DNA of 62,041 bases from a virus. The notes under the pieces are model-generated. The model was given only the letters and a program-made list of their open reading frames with translations, did not search any database and was not told where the DNA came from. The translations under genes and the position numbers were made by a program. Shown piece by piece: positions 39,988 through 47,901 of this stretch (within the stretch, counting starts at the first letter, position 1; the number at the start of each line of letters is the position of its first letter). The stretch covers positions 1 to 62,041 of IMG/VR virus record IMGVR_UViG_3300014208_000007, one strand, 5' to 3'.

Positions 39988-42516
39988 TCACTGACTCCTC
40001 CATGACGATCCTCGTTTGACCTTCGCCCGCCAGTCCTTGCCCTTCGGCGACACCTTGACCGTGCAGATCGAGGCGTTGACCACCGCGTCCCCGTCGTCTG
40101 GCGACCGCCCAAGGCGCTTCTTGATGCCGGGCCCGTCCGGCCCGTCTTCCTTCGGCTCGACGAGGATCCCGCCCGGCGTCAGCTTCCACATCGGCGCGCA
40201 CAGGTCGGCGCGCAACTGCGAGTCGTTCGGCAGCGCGATGTTGTCGCCGATCTTCGGGTCCAGCGACTCCCTGAACCGCCACCAGAGCATCGCCCGCTTG
40301 TTACGGAACTTGAGGCGATTCGTCATCTTGTCCGTCTGGCCCTCGACGCCCTCCCGGTCCCCGCCGTTGACCGCAACGACCTGGACATCGTTCGATTCGA
40401 GGTGATCGACCACCGACCCGCCCACGCCCACGACGTCGACGTGGACAGGCGCCCCGTCCCGTCGGTTGGCGACCACCAGCCCCGCGGTCGTGCCCCCGTC
40501 CGGCGTTTCAGCACCCGGATACCGCTTCAGGGGCGCGTACCAGGTCCCGTGCCGCATCGCCAGCACGGTCTTGTCCTTGCCTCCGCGCGCCACGTCCACA
40601 CCCATCGAGTCCATCGGCCTGCCGAGACCGCCCTCCGGCGTCCACCGGGCCATCGCCGCATCGATCCACGCCGTCGGGATCACCTGCCACGCCGAATCCT
40701 CCGTGCCGGCCTTGAAGTCCCCGCGGAGCATCTGCGACCGGAGCGGCTCGGGCAACGCCTGGAGCTGCGCGACGTACCCGGACGACATCAGGAACGCATT
40801 GTCCTGGACCTTGGAGGGGATGAACGTGCGGCTTTGCGGCTGGATCGTCTCGCCGTTGTGGACGAACAGCGCACCGTCGGGGCGCTCGATCTCCTCCCCG
40901 TCGATCATGGCGTACCACCGCAACTCGCCCGGCTTGGCGGGGTTCGGGTGCTTGTCGTCCAACCATGGGGCCCAGAACTTGACGACCCACTGCCCGTCCT
41001 GATTCGTCGGGGGATTCCCCGCGCACACCACCCGGCACCGCTGGCCGGGGGTCGTGGTGCGCAACCACCCCGCGAGGAATCGGAACTGCTGCTCAAAGAA
41101 GTGAGTTATCTCATCAAAGCAATTCTTGTTGACAAATCCGGCCCCTGTTATATAATGATTGACGGATTCAACAGTTAAATCGAATAATTCTGTCTCGGGG
41201 AGGTCTGAAAATGACACCAAAGCAGGAGAAACATCAGCCTGTGTTTGACGTCTTTCCATCGTATAAGGGTGGTCGTACCACCGAATACGGTGGATACGTC
41301 TGGGAAGAACTCCCGGGGCACCACCTGCAAAACCTTTGGGGATACGTCGCCCAACATCGCCTTGTGGCCGAAGACATATTAGGGCGCGAACTCCTGCCGG
41401 GGGAGACGGTCCACCATATCGACGAGTGCCGATCGAATAATTCACGGGAGAACCTTGTGGTAATGGGAACGACGGCCCACCGCCGATACCACGCGAGGAA
41501 GGCGGGTCTTGCAAGCCGCTCGCCGATAACGCGAAAGATGGTACGGGAAGCATTGCGGTCAGAAGGTGGGATAAAGCCCGCCGCGCGGCTCCTGAAAGTC
41601 TCTCATTCCACACTTCGCGGAAGATATCCTGGGCTTTGTAAGCCGTATCAGCGGACCAGCCCAACGGTGATCGACAACCCGAGAGATATTGACATAGTGC
41701 TCGCAGCCGCCCCGGATCCAAAGATCGGACTCCGGGAGATAATGGCGGCCGCCCATATGTCGGCGATGACGATCCTTCGGATATGCAGGCGGCGCGGAGT
41801 GACGTGGGTGAAAAAGACAAAGGCCGGGGAGATTCATAGAACGTATCGCGGGAAGCCCACCCGTCGGTCGTTAGAATCGAGTGATTCCGACTCTGCACCT
41901 GCTGGCCGATAACGCGACCATTGATCGAAGCGGACACCAACGCCGCCGGTTTACTGACAACGTGAAGCTGTGATACGCGACGAGAACCCTCGAGCGTATC
42001 AACAAGATCCCCAACCTTCACGTCCTCGACGGGTTTCCACGATCCGTCGGCCATCCACACAGGCGTCCCGCGCCCAACGCAAATCAAGTCGTGCGGCCGC
42101 CCCTGGTACCGGATCTCGTCGCCGAGGTCCTTACACGACCCGAGCTCCACCTGCCGCCCGAGTTTCGGCAGGCGCCACACGTGCTCCTGCCCGTTGTACC
42201 CGTCCCGCGTGCCGAGGACTTCCGTGGTCCGGTCGATGATGGCGAGGAGTTGCGTGCCTTCCCGCCTGAAGATGATCGACCGCCGGTGCTGAGTCAGTGC
42301 CAACCCGATCAGCAGGTCCGTCTTGCCGCCGCCGGCCGCGCCGCCGTAGTAGACGATGTCCGCTTCGGACTCAAACGCAAGCGTTTGCGGCCCGGGCTGT
42401 GGAACCCATATCGGTTGCTCCGCCGCAAGGATCCCGTCCACCTCGGCCATCTCCGCGGGGGTGAGGAAACGCAGCACGGACGCCAGTTCGGCGATCTGTG
42501 CCGCTGCGCCGTTCAC
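39988..42516 (-). CDS. terL: Terminase large subunit, 842-aa precursor containing a 320-aa intein (522 aa after splicing)
   Basis: Walker A YYGGAAGGGKTD. Walker B is split as HDLI|intein|CFDEITHF. ATGA overlap with the TerS stop. Confidence 0.8.
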   Translation of the reverse strand: MNGAAAQIAELASVLRFLTPAEMAEVDGILAAEQPIWVPQPGPQTLAFESEADIVYYGGAAGGGKTDLLIGLALTQHRRSIIFRREGTQLLAIIDRTTEVLGTRDGYNGQEHVWRLPKLGRQVELGSCKDLGDEIRYQGRPHDLICVGRGTPVWMADGSWKPVEDVKVGDLVDTLEGSRRVSQLHVVSKPAALVSASINGRVIGQQVQSRNHSILTTDGWASRDTFYESPRPLSFSPTSLRAACISEGSSSPTYGRPPLSPGVRSLDPGRLRALCQYLSGCRSPLGWSADTAYKAQDIFREVWNERLSGAARRALSHLLTAMLPVPSFALSASGLQDPPSSRGIGGGPSFPLPQGSPVNYSIGTRRYGGPSPPAGVRALICLRPQGDVGRRIPKGFAGGAPGVLPRRIHRIRWYDHPYTMERRQTQADVSPALVSFSDLPETELFDLTVESVNHYITGAGFVNKNCFDEITHFFEQQFRFLAGWLRTTTPGQRCRVVCAGNPPTNQDGQWVVKFWAPWLDDKHPNPAKPGELRWYAMIDGEEIERPDGALFVHNGETIQPQSRTFIPSKVQDNAFLMSSGYVAQLQALPEPLRSQMLRGDFKAGTEDSAWQVIPTAWIDAAMARWTPEGGLGRPMDSMGVDVARGGKDKTVLAMRHGTWYAPLKRYPGAETPDGGTTAGLVVANRRDGAPVHVDVVGVGGSVVDHLESNDVQVVAVNGGDREGVEGQTDKMTNRLKFRNKRAMLWWRFRESLDPKIGDNIALPNDSQLRADLCAPMWKLTPGGILVEPKEDGPDGPGIKKRLGRSPDDGDAVVNASICTVKVSPKGKDWRAKVKRGSSWRSQ
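41129..41156 (+). promoter_or_regulatory. Consensus sigma70-type promoter for the HNH gene (TTGACA-N16-TATAAT)
   Basis: TTGACA at 41129-41134 and TATAAT at 41151-41156, followed by GGGGAGG at 41197-41203 and the ATG at 41211. The hexamers are formed by the antisense of intein codons FVN and NHYI. Confidence 0.6.
41211..41912 (+). CDS. HNH homing endonuclease with C-terminal HTH-like regions, 233 aa, encoded antisense inside the TerL intein
   Basis: GYVAQHRLVAEDILGRELLPGETVHHIDECRSNNSRENLVVMGTTAHRRYH is a canonical HNH motif. Has its own SD and promoter. Confidence 0.75.
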   Translation: MTPKQEKHQPVFDVFPSYKGGRTTEYGGYVWEELPGHHLQNLWGYVAQHRLVAEDILGRELLPGETVHHIDECRSNNSRENLVVMGTTAHRRYHARKAGLASRSPITRKMVREALRSEGGIKPAARLLKVSHSTLRGRYPGLCKPYQRTSPTVIDNPRDIDIVLAAAPDPKIGLREIMAAAHMSAMTILRICRRRGVTWVKKTKAGEIHRTYRGKPTRRSLESSDSDSAPAGR

Positions 42517-42896
42517 GCCTTCGCCTCTGCCGCGCGCTTCGCTGCGGTCTCGATCAACAGGCGCAACCGGTTCGCTCTTTCGAGGTCGCTGAATTGTATC
42601 GGAGACCCGCCAGGCCCCGATACTTCGGCCTTGGAGGGCGCATGAAGTCCAAGCATCAGGTTGATTTCGTGGATGGCTTTGATTTGAACGTCGGGATGGT
42701 CGAGGGCCTTGCTGTAAAACAATTCACCCTCATACGAAAAGGGCTTTTCTCCCTTGAAATCGGCTAGTTCATGGAGCCTCCTTGCAAGGAATTTGAGGTC
42801 GACACCATCGTCGCTGAACGCACGGCGAACGTCGTCCACCGTCTTGCGCGCAGCGTCGGCACCAATCTGCTCTGGCGTTCTCGTGGGATCGCCCAT
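42513..42896 (-). CDS. terS: Terminase small subunit candidate, 127 aa
   Basis: Directly upstream of TerL and ATGA-coupled to it. Helical DNA-binding-like N-terminus and …IKAIHEINLMLGL… motif. No SD seen. Confidence 0.5.
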   Translation of the reverse strand: MGDPTRTPEQIGADAARKTVDDVRRAFSDDGVDLKFLARRLHELADFKGEKPFSYEGELFYSKALDHPDVQIKAIHEINLMLGLHAPSKAEVSGPGGSPIQFSDLERANRLRLLIETAAKRAAEAKA

Positions 42897-42939
42897 ATGC
42901 TGACACGATGCAACTCATTGAAAACGCTTGTCAAATCAT

Positions 42940-43212
42940 TCATATACGCTTCGATAACTGTTTTTGAGGGGTATTTGGGGGGATTCTTCGCCGATCGGGA
43001 GGGGTATTTCGCCCTCCGCCTATTTTCTGTGAAAATGCCACGAAATTGGTATACCAGGCGTGGTATACCGCCTCATCGAGTACAGGGCAACGCCCGAGCC
43101 TTATGACGGGGATGCTGTACTTCTTGACCCTGCGTTTCGCTGTGTCTATGTCTCTCACTCCCAAGCGATTTGCGATTGCTTTCCATCCCGAGTGTGTGAT
43201 GGGGTTGGTCAT
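42940..43212 (-). CDS. HTH DNA-binding protein (excisionase/AlpA-like fold), 90 aa
   Basis: Internal ATG overlaps the upstream stop. WKAIANRLGVRDIDTAKRRVKKYSIPV. Confidence 0.5.
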   Translation of the reverse strand: MTNPITHSGWKAIANRLGVRDIDTAKRRVKKYSIPVIRLGRCPVLDEAVYHAWYTNFVAFSQKIGGGRNTPPDRRRIPPNTPQKQLSKRI

Positions 43213-43949
43213 GGTTTTGCTCCCCCGATGGGGTGGACGTTGGCCATAGCGTTTGCGATGAGGTCTGCTGTGGTGGTGGGGTTGTCTGGATCGTGTCTCC
43301 GGCAGTACCACCTGCCGTTGTGTCCGGTGGTTCCGATTCTGTCGCATCCCCCGATGAAGGCGCAGGCGTCTTTCGGTCGAGTCGCCTTTGACGTGGGCGG
43401 AGCGGGGGGGGTATCAGAACCCCCCGCCGTGACGCCTGCCGTGGGGGGTAGATCTTTCTTTTCTGGAGACGGAGACGGAGACGGAGACGGGGCATTGCGT
43501 TTCGAATTGCTTTCTGTATTGCCTTTCGTATTAAGGTGTTGTTCTTTAACCTTTTTCCTTCGCTTCTCCCACCCTATATCGGCTGCCATGCGCGCCGTCT
43601 CGGACCTTTCCTCCCTGAAGTATGCGTAAGGATTACGTTTTCTCCAATTATGCAACCCGTATTGCGTATTGCTTTGCAAATCGAATGAAATATCGAGAAA
43701 ACCTGGCTTATTCACCGATCCGCCAGCGGTCAGTAGAGCATCTATAAATTCATCCGGATCGCCCTCCCAGAGCACCGCCTTGGTGATCTCCTTGGCGTTC
43801 ATCCCGGTCAGAATCCCCTTGTGGAAAAACTTCGAGGCGTAGCACCAGAGACGGAAGAGACAGGTCACCCCATGGTCTCCGGTCCGCCTGTGGAATCTTA
43901 CCGTCTTGGGGTGGTTGAAGAAGTCATCGTCGACCCTGATGTCCTGCAT
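43209..43949 (-). CDS. Hypothetical protein, 246 aa, with (SP)n linker and C-terminal Cys/His cluster (possible replication-organiser-like N-terminus)
   Basis: ORF. Central SPSPSPSP is encoded by a (GGAGAC)4 tract. C-terminal CAFIGGCD...GRWYCRRH. Confidence 0.6.
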   Translation of the reverse strand: MQDIRVDDDFFNHPKTVRFHRRTGDHGVTCLFRLWCYASKFFHKGILTGMNAKEITKAVLWEGDPDEFIDALLTAGGSVNKPGFLDISFDLQSNTQYGLHNWRKRNPYAYFREERSETARMAADIGWEKRRKKVKEQHLNTKGNTESNSKRNAPSPSPSPSPEKKDLPPTAGVTAGGSDTPPAPPTSKATRPKDACAFIGGCDRIGTTGHNGRWYCRRHDPDNPTTTADLIANAMANVHPIGGAKP

Positions 43950-44120
43950 CTATTTCCCCTCCTGGGCTTCCAGTTTCCTCATCCACTCCACATCCTGCCT
44001 GCTCATCATCGCCTCGGGCCGGTGGTGTTTGTGACACTCAGGGCACCTGACCTTCTCCCCGGGTTCGAGCTCGAACTGCCCGCGGTGTCCGCAGGAGCGA
44101 CAGAAGCACCAGACCTTCAT
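43950..44120 (-). CDS. Zinc-ribbon protein, 56 aa
   Basis: MKVWCFCRSCGH...VRCPECH (two CxxC pairs). Start overlaps the upstream stop. Confidence 0.6.
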   Translation of the reverse strand: MKVWCFCRSCGHRGQFELEPGEKVRCPECHKHHRPEAMMSRQDVEWMRKLEAQEGK

Positions 44121-44290
44121 CACCCCACCCGTGCGCGCGCCGCGAAACGTGCCGTCCACGGCATCTCCGACCACGCCTTTTTCATGGCCCGGCCGATCCT
44201 CTTCGTGTGCTTATACCAATTCCGTCCGTATTCTTTGTACGCCTCACGAACTGCCGCCCGACGCAACCGCTTCGCCACCGTTGCCCTCAT
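44120..44290 (-). CDS. Small basic protein, 56 aa; first gene of the long minus-strand block
   Basis: Last 56 codons of the spurious ORF 44120-46063. The ATG at 44290 has GGAGG 5 nt upstream, next to the AT-rich divergent promoter region. Confidence 0.55.
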   Translation of the reverse strand: MRATVAKRLRRAAVREAYKEYGRNWYKHTKRIGRAMKKAWSEMPWTARFAARARVG

Positions 44291-44334
44291 GCTCGCCTCC
44301 TGAAATCTATTTTCCTGCCCACACAAAATAATAC

Positions 44335-44363
44335 TTGACAGCGTATTTTCTTGCCTATACATT
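44335..44363 (+). promoter_or_regulatory. Sigma70-like promoter (TTGACA-N17-TACATT; a TATAAT overlaps its last base, at 44363-44368) for the 44397-46059 unit
   Basis: Read directly in the AT-rich gap 44291-44396. Followed by AAGGAGGA and the ATG at 44397. Confidence 0.55.
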
Positions 44364-44396
44364 ATAATCAACACAACCGAAAGGAGGATCGACCCG

Positions 44397-44567
44397 ATGA
44401 AGAAAAACCGCCTGATGGTGTGGTTCGCAGCCCTGCTGTTGGCGAACCTGCTCGCGTTCCAGATCACGTGCGCGTACCCGGTGTTCGGGTACCACCCGCA
44501 AGCCTGCCTGTGCGACCAGTGCCTCGCCGAGTTCGAGGCCGATCGCGTGGAAGGAGAGCAGGAATGA
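44397..44567 (+). CDS. Small membrane/Cys-rich protein, 56 aa (below the ORF-track size cut-off)
   Basis: AAGGAGGA 8 nt upstream. MKKNRLMVWFAALLLANLLAF hydrophobic N-terminus. ATGA overlap with radC. Confidence 0.55.
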   Translation: MKKNRLMVWFAALLLANLLAFQITCAYPVFGYHPQACLCDQCLAEFEADRVEGEQE

Positions 44568-45013
44568 CGGCGGGAATGAAGACGATCCGATGGCAGATGG
44601 TGATGGAAGCGCAGGGAGAGTACCCCGACGCGCCGAAGATGACGGGGCCTGCGGACGTTGCCCGCCTGATGAAGGAGCAGGGGCACACGACGGCGGACCG
44701 GGAGCGGTTCGTGGTCTACCTGCTGAACGTCAAGCACCAGATCATCGCCTCGGAGATGGTCAGCATGGGGATCCTGGACGGCGCCCTGATCCACCCGCGC
44801 GAGGTCTTCAAGGCGGCCATCGTCGCCTCCGCTGCCGGCCTGATCGTGGCCCACAACCACCCCTCTGGCGACGTCACCCCGTCCGGGGAGGACAAGGCCG
44901 TCGCCCGGCGCTTGCGCGAAGCAGGGACGCTCCTGGGCATCCCCTTGGTGGATTTCCTGGTGGTCAGCCCCTTGGGTACGTTCTTTTCGTTCAAAGACGA
45001 CGGAATTATCTGA
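44564..45013 (+). CDS. radC: RadC-like JAB/MPN domain protein, 149 aa
   Basis: JAMM motif VAHNHPSGDVTPSGED. Internal ATG with GGAAGGAG upstream. Confidence 0.8.
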   Translation: MTAGMKTIRWQMVMEAQGEYPDAPKMTGPADVARLMKEQGHTTADRERFVVYLLNVKHQIIASEMVSMGILDGALIHPREVFKAAIVASAAGLIVAHNHPSGDVTPSGEDKAVARRLREAGTLLGIPLVDFLVVSPLGTFFSFKDDGII

Positions 45014-45025
45014 AAGGAGGACGTG

Positions 45026-45214
45026 ATGCCCTGCACCGTGTCGCAAGGTCGCGACGGAAGGTGGAAGGTGGTGGACGACGCTCCGGTCGCCACCGGAGGA
45101 GAGCCGAAGGTGGTGGGAATCTGGAACAAGCACCCCGCCGCCGTGAAGGACATGCACCAGAGGAACGGTACCCAACCCGCAATGCTCGGCAATCTCGCCG
45201 AGGGAGAGGAGTAA
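45026..45214 (+). CDS. Hypothetical protein, 62 aa
   Basis: AAGGAGGA SD upstream of the ATG at 45026. Confidence 0.6.
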   Translation: MPCTVSQGRDGRWKVVDDAPVATGGEPKVVGIWNKHPAAVKDMHQRNGTQPAMLGNLAEGEE

Positions 45215-45217
45215 GAA

Positions 45218-45553
45218 ATGAGGATCCATTTCGCGCTCAGCAACAACGGTACGCCCGCTTCGAAGTTGGCTGACGTCGAGATCCATTTCGAAGAGGGCTT
45301 GCTCGCCGGCCTGAAACTGGTAGGCTGTTCGGTCTGGAAGGGGAAGAAGGGGGACGCGCCGACCGTGCTGGTTCCGTCCCGCTCCTACGCCACCGCCGGG
45401 GGGGTCCGCTACTACGAGCTGCTGCGGGACGCCGCCCCGGGCGAGAAGGAGATCGGGCCGGCCGTCAAGGCTTTCAAGAAGTACATCCGGGACGAGTACC
45501 AGAAGGTCGCGCAGATGCCCGTGGAAGAGCCGACCGCGCAGGCGGGGAGGTAG
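45218..45553 (+). CDS. SpoVG-like nucleic-acid-binding protein (tentative), 111 aa
   Basis: LADVEIHFEEGLLAGLKLVGCSVWKGKKGDAPTVLVPSRSY parallels the SpoVG core pattern (recollection). Confidence 0.45.
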   Translation: MRIHFALSNNGTPASKLADVEIHFEEGLLAGLKLVGCSVWKGKKGDAPTVLVPSRSYATAGGVRYYELLRDAAPGEKEIGPAVKAFKKYIRDEYQKVAQMPVEEPTAQAGR

Positions 45554-45559
45554 GACGCC

Positions 45560-45871
45560 ATGCCGCACACGCCGGGACCGTGGATTGTGGTGGATAATGT
45601 CGGGGAATTTGCCATTGATTCCCCCGTCGAATCGAACAATGGAGACGAATCGATCGAGGTTTGCATGATTTCCCATCAGGACGAAGATCCGCAAGTAAGG
45701 GCCAACGCCCGCCTGATCGCCGCCGCGCCGGAACTGCTGGAGGCGTTGAAAGAACTTATAGACGGAGAGGAAAAATGCACCGAAGATGAGTTTATTGCTT
45801 CGGTACAGAAGGCCCGCGCCGTCATCGCCAAGGTGGAAGAGCCGACCGCGCAGGCCATGGGGAAATGCTGA
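45560..45871 (+). CDS. Conserved phage hypothetical protein, 103 aa
   Basis: The GPW... and ANARLIAAAPELLEALKEL motif is common in phage proteins of unknown function (recollection). Confidence 0.65.
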   Translation: MPHTPGPWIVVDNVGEFAIDSPVESNNGDESIEVCMISHQDEDPQVRANARLIAAAPELLEALKELIDGEEKCTEDEFIASVQKARAVIAKVEEPTAQAMGKC

Positions 45872-46059
45872 TGGATACCCCCCGCCGCCCCCGCGGGCGC
45901 CCCTTGGGATCCACGTCGCCCGGTGCGCGCCGGCACCAGTACAACCTCCGCCTGAACGACGACGAGCGGGACCGCCTGGAGCGCCTGGCGAAGATGCACA
46001 ACCTCGCCGTGTCCGAATGGCTCCGCCGCCGCGGACTGATGCTGCGCGTGAAGAAGTAG
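45865..46059 (+). CDS. Ribbon-helix-helix DNA-binding protein, about 62-64 aa (start 45865 or 45871)
   Basis: YNLRLNDDERDRLERLAKMHNLAVSEWLRRR has a CopG/MobC-like RHH pattern. Confidence 0.6.
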   Translation: MLMDTPRRPRGRPLGSTSPGARRHQYNLRLNDDERDRLERLAKMHNLAVSEWLRRRGLMLRVKK

Positions 46060-46078
46060 TCACCCCTCGCCTTTCATC

Positions 46079-46117
46079 CCGGCCCGCGCTTGGACAGGCG
46101 GGCCGGATTCATTTTCC
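46079..46117 (+). terminator. Intrinsic terminator ending the 44397-46059 unit
   Basis: 9-bp stem CCGGCCCGC/GCGGGCCGG (46079-46087 / 46098-46106) followed by ATTCATTTTCC. Confidence 0.6.
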
Positions 46118-46126
46118 ACCGGCACG

Positions 46127-46621
46127 TTATTTCAACGCGATATATTTTCCGTCAAAGCCTGACGCCTTGAGGCGTTGCGCGTTGATCTCGCCGTAGGCGA
46201 TCAGGACCGAAGGGCCCCCGGCGTTGTAACCCGATCGTCTTCCGTCAGCATGATAGAAGTTCAGGCGACCGGCGAAGAAAAATAGCGCATCAGCGGCGCC
46301 CCACACGAACCGATGGAACATATCCGTTTCCGTCCGGGCGAACGTAAGGGCGATTCCGTTGCCGTGTTGCGCAAGGCGGGCAAGCCATACTTTCGTTTTC
46401 TGTCCGTAGGGGGGATTCATCCAGACGCGACCCGTCCAATCCTTCTTCAACCCGTTGTCGAGGACCGTAAAGTGCTCCCTTGCGGTAGACCACGGACGCA
46501 TTATGCTGGCGCATGGGTCGAGATCGAACGGCCCAAGAGCTTCGATGATCTCCGGGGGAGTCAGCCATTCCTCCTTGAGCGCACAAGCAGACTGATGCCC
46601 GCCGATCCCTCGCCTTGTCAC
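46127..46621 (-). CDS. dam: Phage-type DNA N6-adenine methyltransferase, 164 aa
   Basis: EWLTPPEII...FDLDPCA and the catalytic VWMNPPYG motif. Confidence 0.8.
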   Translation of the reverse strand: MTRRGIGGHQSACALKEEWLTPPEIIEALGPFDLDPCASIMRPWSTAREHFTVLDNGLKKDWTGRVWMNPPYGQKTKVWLARLAQHGNGIALTFARTETDMFHRFVWGAADALFFFAGRLNFYHADGRRSGYNAGGPSVLIAYGEINAQRLKASGFDGKYIALK

Positions 46622-47175
46622 GCCCCTACCCTCGCCAGGTCGATGTAATAAACCGCCACCGCGAACGCGCTCCGCTTGTCGGTGCAGTTCAGGGCATGGA
46701 GGGGTTGCGGGGTCCGAACCTCCCGGATGCGAGGCTGCCCCTTGCGAGGACCGCCCTTGTAGAGGCCCGCGCCGGGCTCCCCTTCCGGGATCACCTCGGA
46801 GGAAACGATCTCCCCGTACCCACCGAAGCGAAGTTCGAGCGCCTGCCGCAGGATGGCGTCGTTCACCTTACCCGCCCCGCAGATCCGCCGGGTGTATTCG
46901 GGCCGCGGTATGAGCGTGTAGGGAAGCCCGAGGTCCTTGCAGACCTGGATCAGCCGGCCGATCATGAAACAGGTATCGAAGACCTCGCGCCCGACCGCCA
47001 TTCCATATGATTGAATTGATTCCAGAGCGACGTGCCCGGTGGACGACGCCGAGGACCTGACCATCTCGATCAGGCCCTCGTTGCCGACCTTGTTCGTCGC
47101 GTCGACGGTCTGCTCCGCCGTGACATAGCAGTACGCCGATTCCGTCGGACCCGGATCGATGCCGAGGATGAGCAA
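46618..47175 (-). CDS. RuvC-like Holliday junction resolvase, about 185 aa (TTG start inferred)
   Basis: N-terminal LILGIDPGPTESAY RuvC-type motif. No ATG is available after the upstream stop, so the start is uncertain. Confidence 0.55.
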   Translation of the reverse strand: MLILGIDPGPTESAYCYVTAEQTVDATNKVGNEGLIEMVRSSASSTGHVALESIQSYGMAVGREVFDTCFMIGRLIQVCKDLGLPYTLIPRPEYTRRICGAGKVNDAILRQALELRFGGYGEIVSSEVIPEGEPGAGLYKGGPRKGQPRIREVRTPQPLHALNCTDKRSAFAVAVYYIDLARVGA

Positions 47176-47180
47176 CGCCG

Positions 47181-47897
47181 CTACGCCAGGATCACGGTGT
47201 TCTTGGGGAGCTGCTTGACGAGGTACGCCTGAATCGCCTTGATCGCCTCGTTCTTCCACTTCCCGCCGTCCGCCTCGAACAGCGCGCACGACGGAGGCTC
47301 CCCGTCCTTGCTCCCGCGGCGCATCCGGAAGAGGAAGGGGCTCTTGGGTTGCTCGATCTCCAGGAATGTCCGGTACGGGGCGAGCTTCACCAGACGCGGC
47401 ACGGGCACGTTGTCGACCTTGGCGATGCCGACCTTCGCCACGACGCCCTGAGACACGCCGTCGTCGGTGTACGTGTGGACTTCGCTGTCCGTGAGGTTTC
47501 CGACGACTTTGAGGATCTTCTGCGCGTCCTCGGTGTCCACGAACCGGGACTGGAGCATGATGATGAACCCTTCGAGGTCGTGGAACTGGCCGAAGATGAA
47601 CCCCGTCGGGGACGCCTTGGCGACTACAAACACCTTCCGCTGGCAGAACGTGCCCACCAGCGGGGACCACAGGACCACGTGATCGGGAGACTGGACGTGG
47701 ACGATGGCGTCCTTCCCCCGGTCGGCTTCGCATTCGGTGAAGAAATCGACGAACCCGGTCAGCGTGTTGACGGCCAAGGGGTCCGGCATCGGCTCCTTGA
47801 CGGGAAAGACCTGCTTGTCGGTGTAGGGTCTGCTGTCGATCGTGAACCGCTCGACGCCGGCAAGGGAAATGATTTTCTCGATCGCCTCCTTTATCAT
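47181..47897 (-). CDS. Hypothetical protein, 238 aa
   Basis: Protein-like ORF in the minus-strand early unit. No family confidently recognised. Confidence 0.65.
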   Translation of the reverse strand: MIKEAIEKIISLAGVERFTIDSRPYTDKQVFPVKEPMPDPLAVNTLTGFVDFFTECEADRGKDAIVHVQSPDHVVLWSPLVGTFCQRKVFVVAKASPTGFIFGQFHDLEGFIIMLQSRFVDTEDAQKILKVVGNLTDSEVHTYTDDGVSQGVVAKVGIAKVDNVPVPRLVKLAPYRTFLEIEQPKSPFLFRMRRGSKDGEPPSCALFEADGGKWKNEAIKAIQAYLVKQLPKNTVILA

Positions 47898-47901
47898 GCG
47901 C

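Larger units (their letters stand above)
41122..42081 (-). mobile_element. Intein in TerL (Cys1 ... KN / Cys+1) whose central ~210 codons are antisense to an HNH gene
   Basis: N-terminal Hint blocks CVGRGTPVWMADGSWKPVEDVKVGDLV and QSRNHSILTTDGW. C-terminal ELFDLTVESVNHYITGAGFVNKN followed by C. The C-terminal block DNA is markedly AT-rich. Confidence 0.7.

Noticed and set aside
39988-42516. TerL interruption considered as a group I intron or a gene split by an HNH insertion
   Set aside because: The minus-strand frame is continuous through the insert, and the insert ends carry Hint/intein signatures with Cys at both splice junctions.
42929-42934. TTGACA hexamer upstream of TerS as a promoter, and a similar TTGACA at 15079-15084 upstream of the nested gene
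   Set aside because: There is no acceptable -10 at 16-18 nt (GCATCG and CCCAAT respectively). About 18 random TTGACA occurrences are expected in a genome of this size and composition, by my rough estimate.
44120-46063. 647-aa minus-strand ORF spanning the early plus-strand genes
   Set aside because: The sequence is junk-like except for its last 56 codons, which have their own SD and ATG at 44290. The plus strand here encodes RadC and other recognisable proteins.
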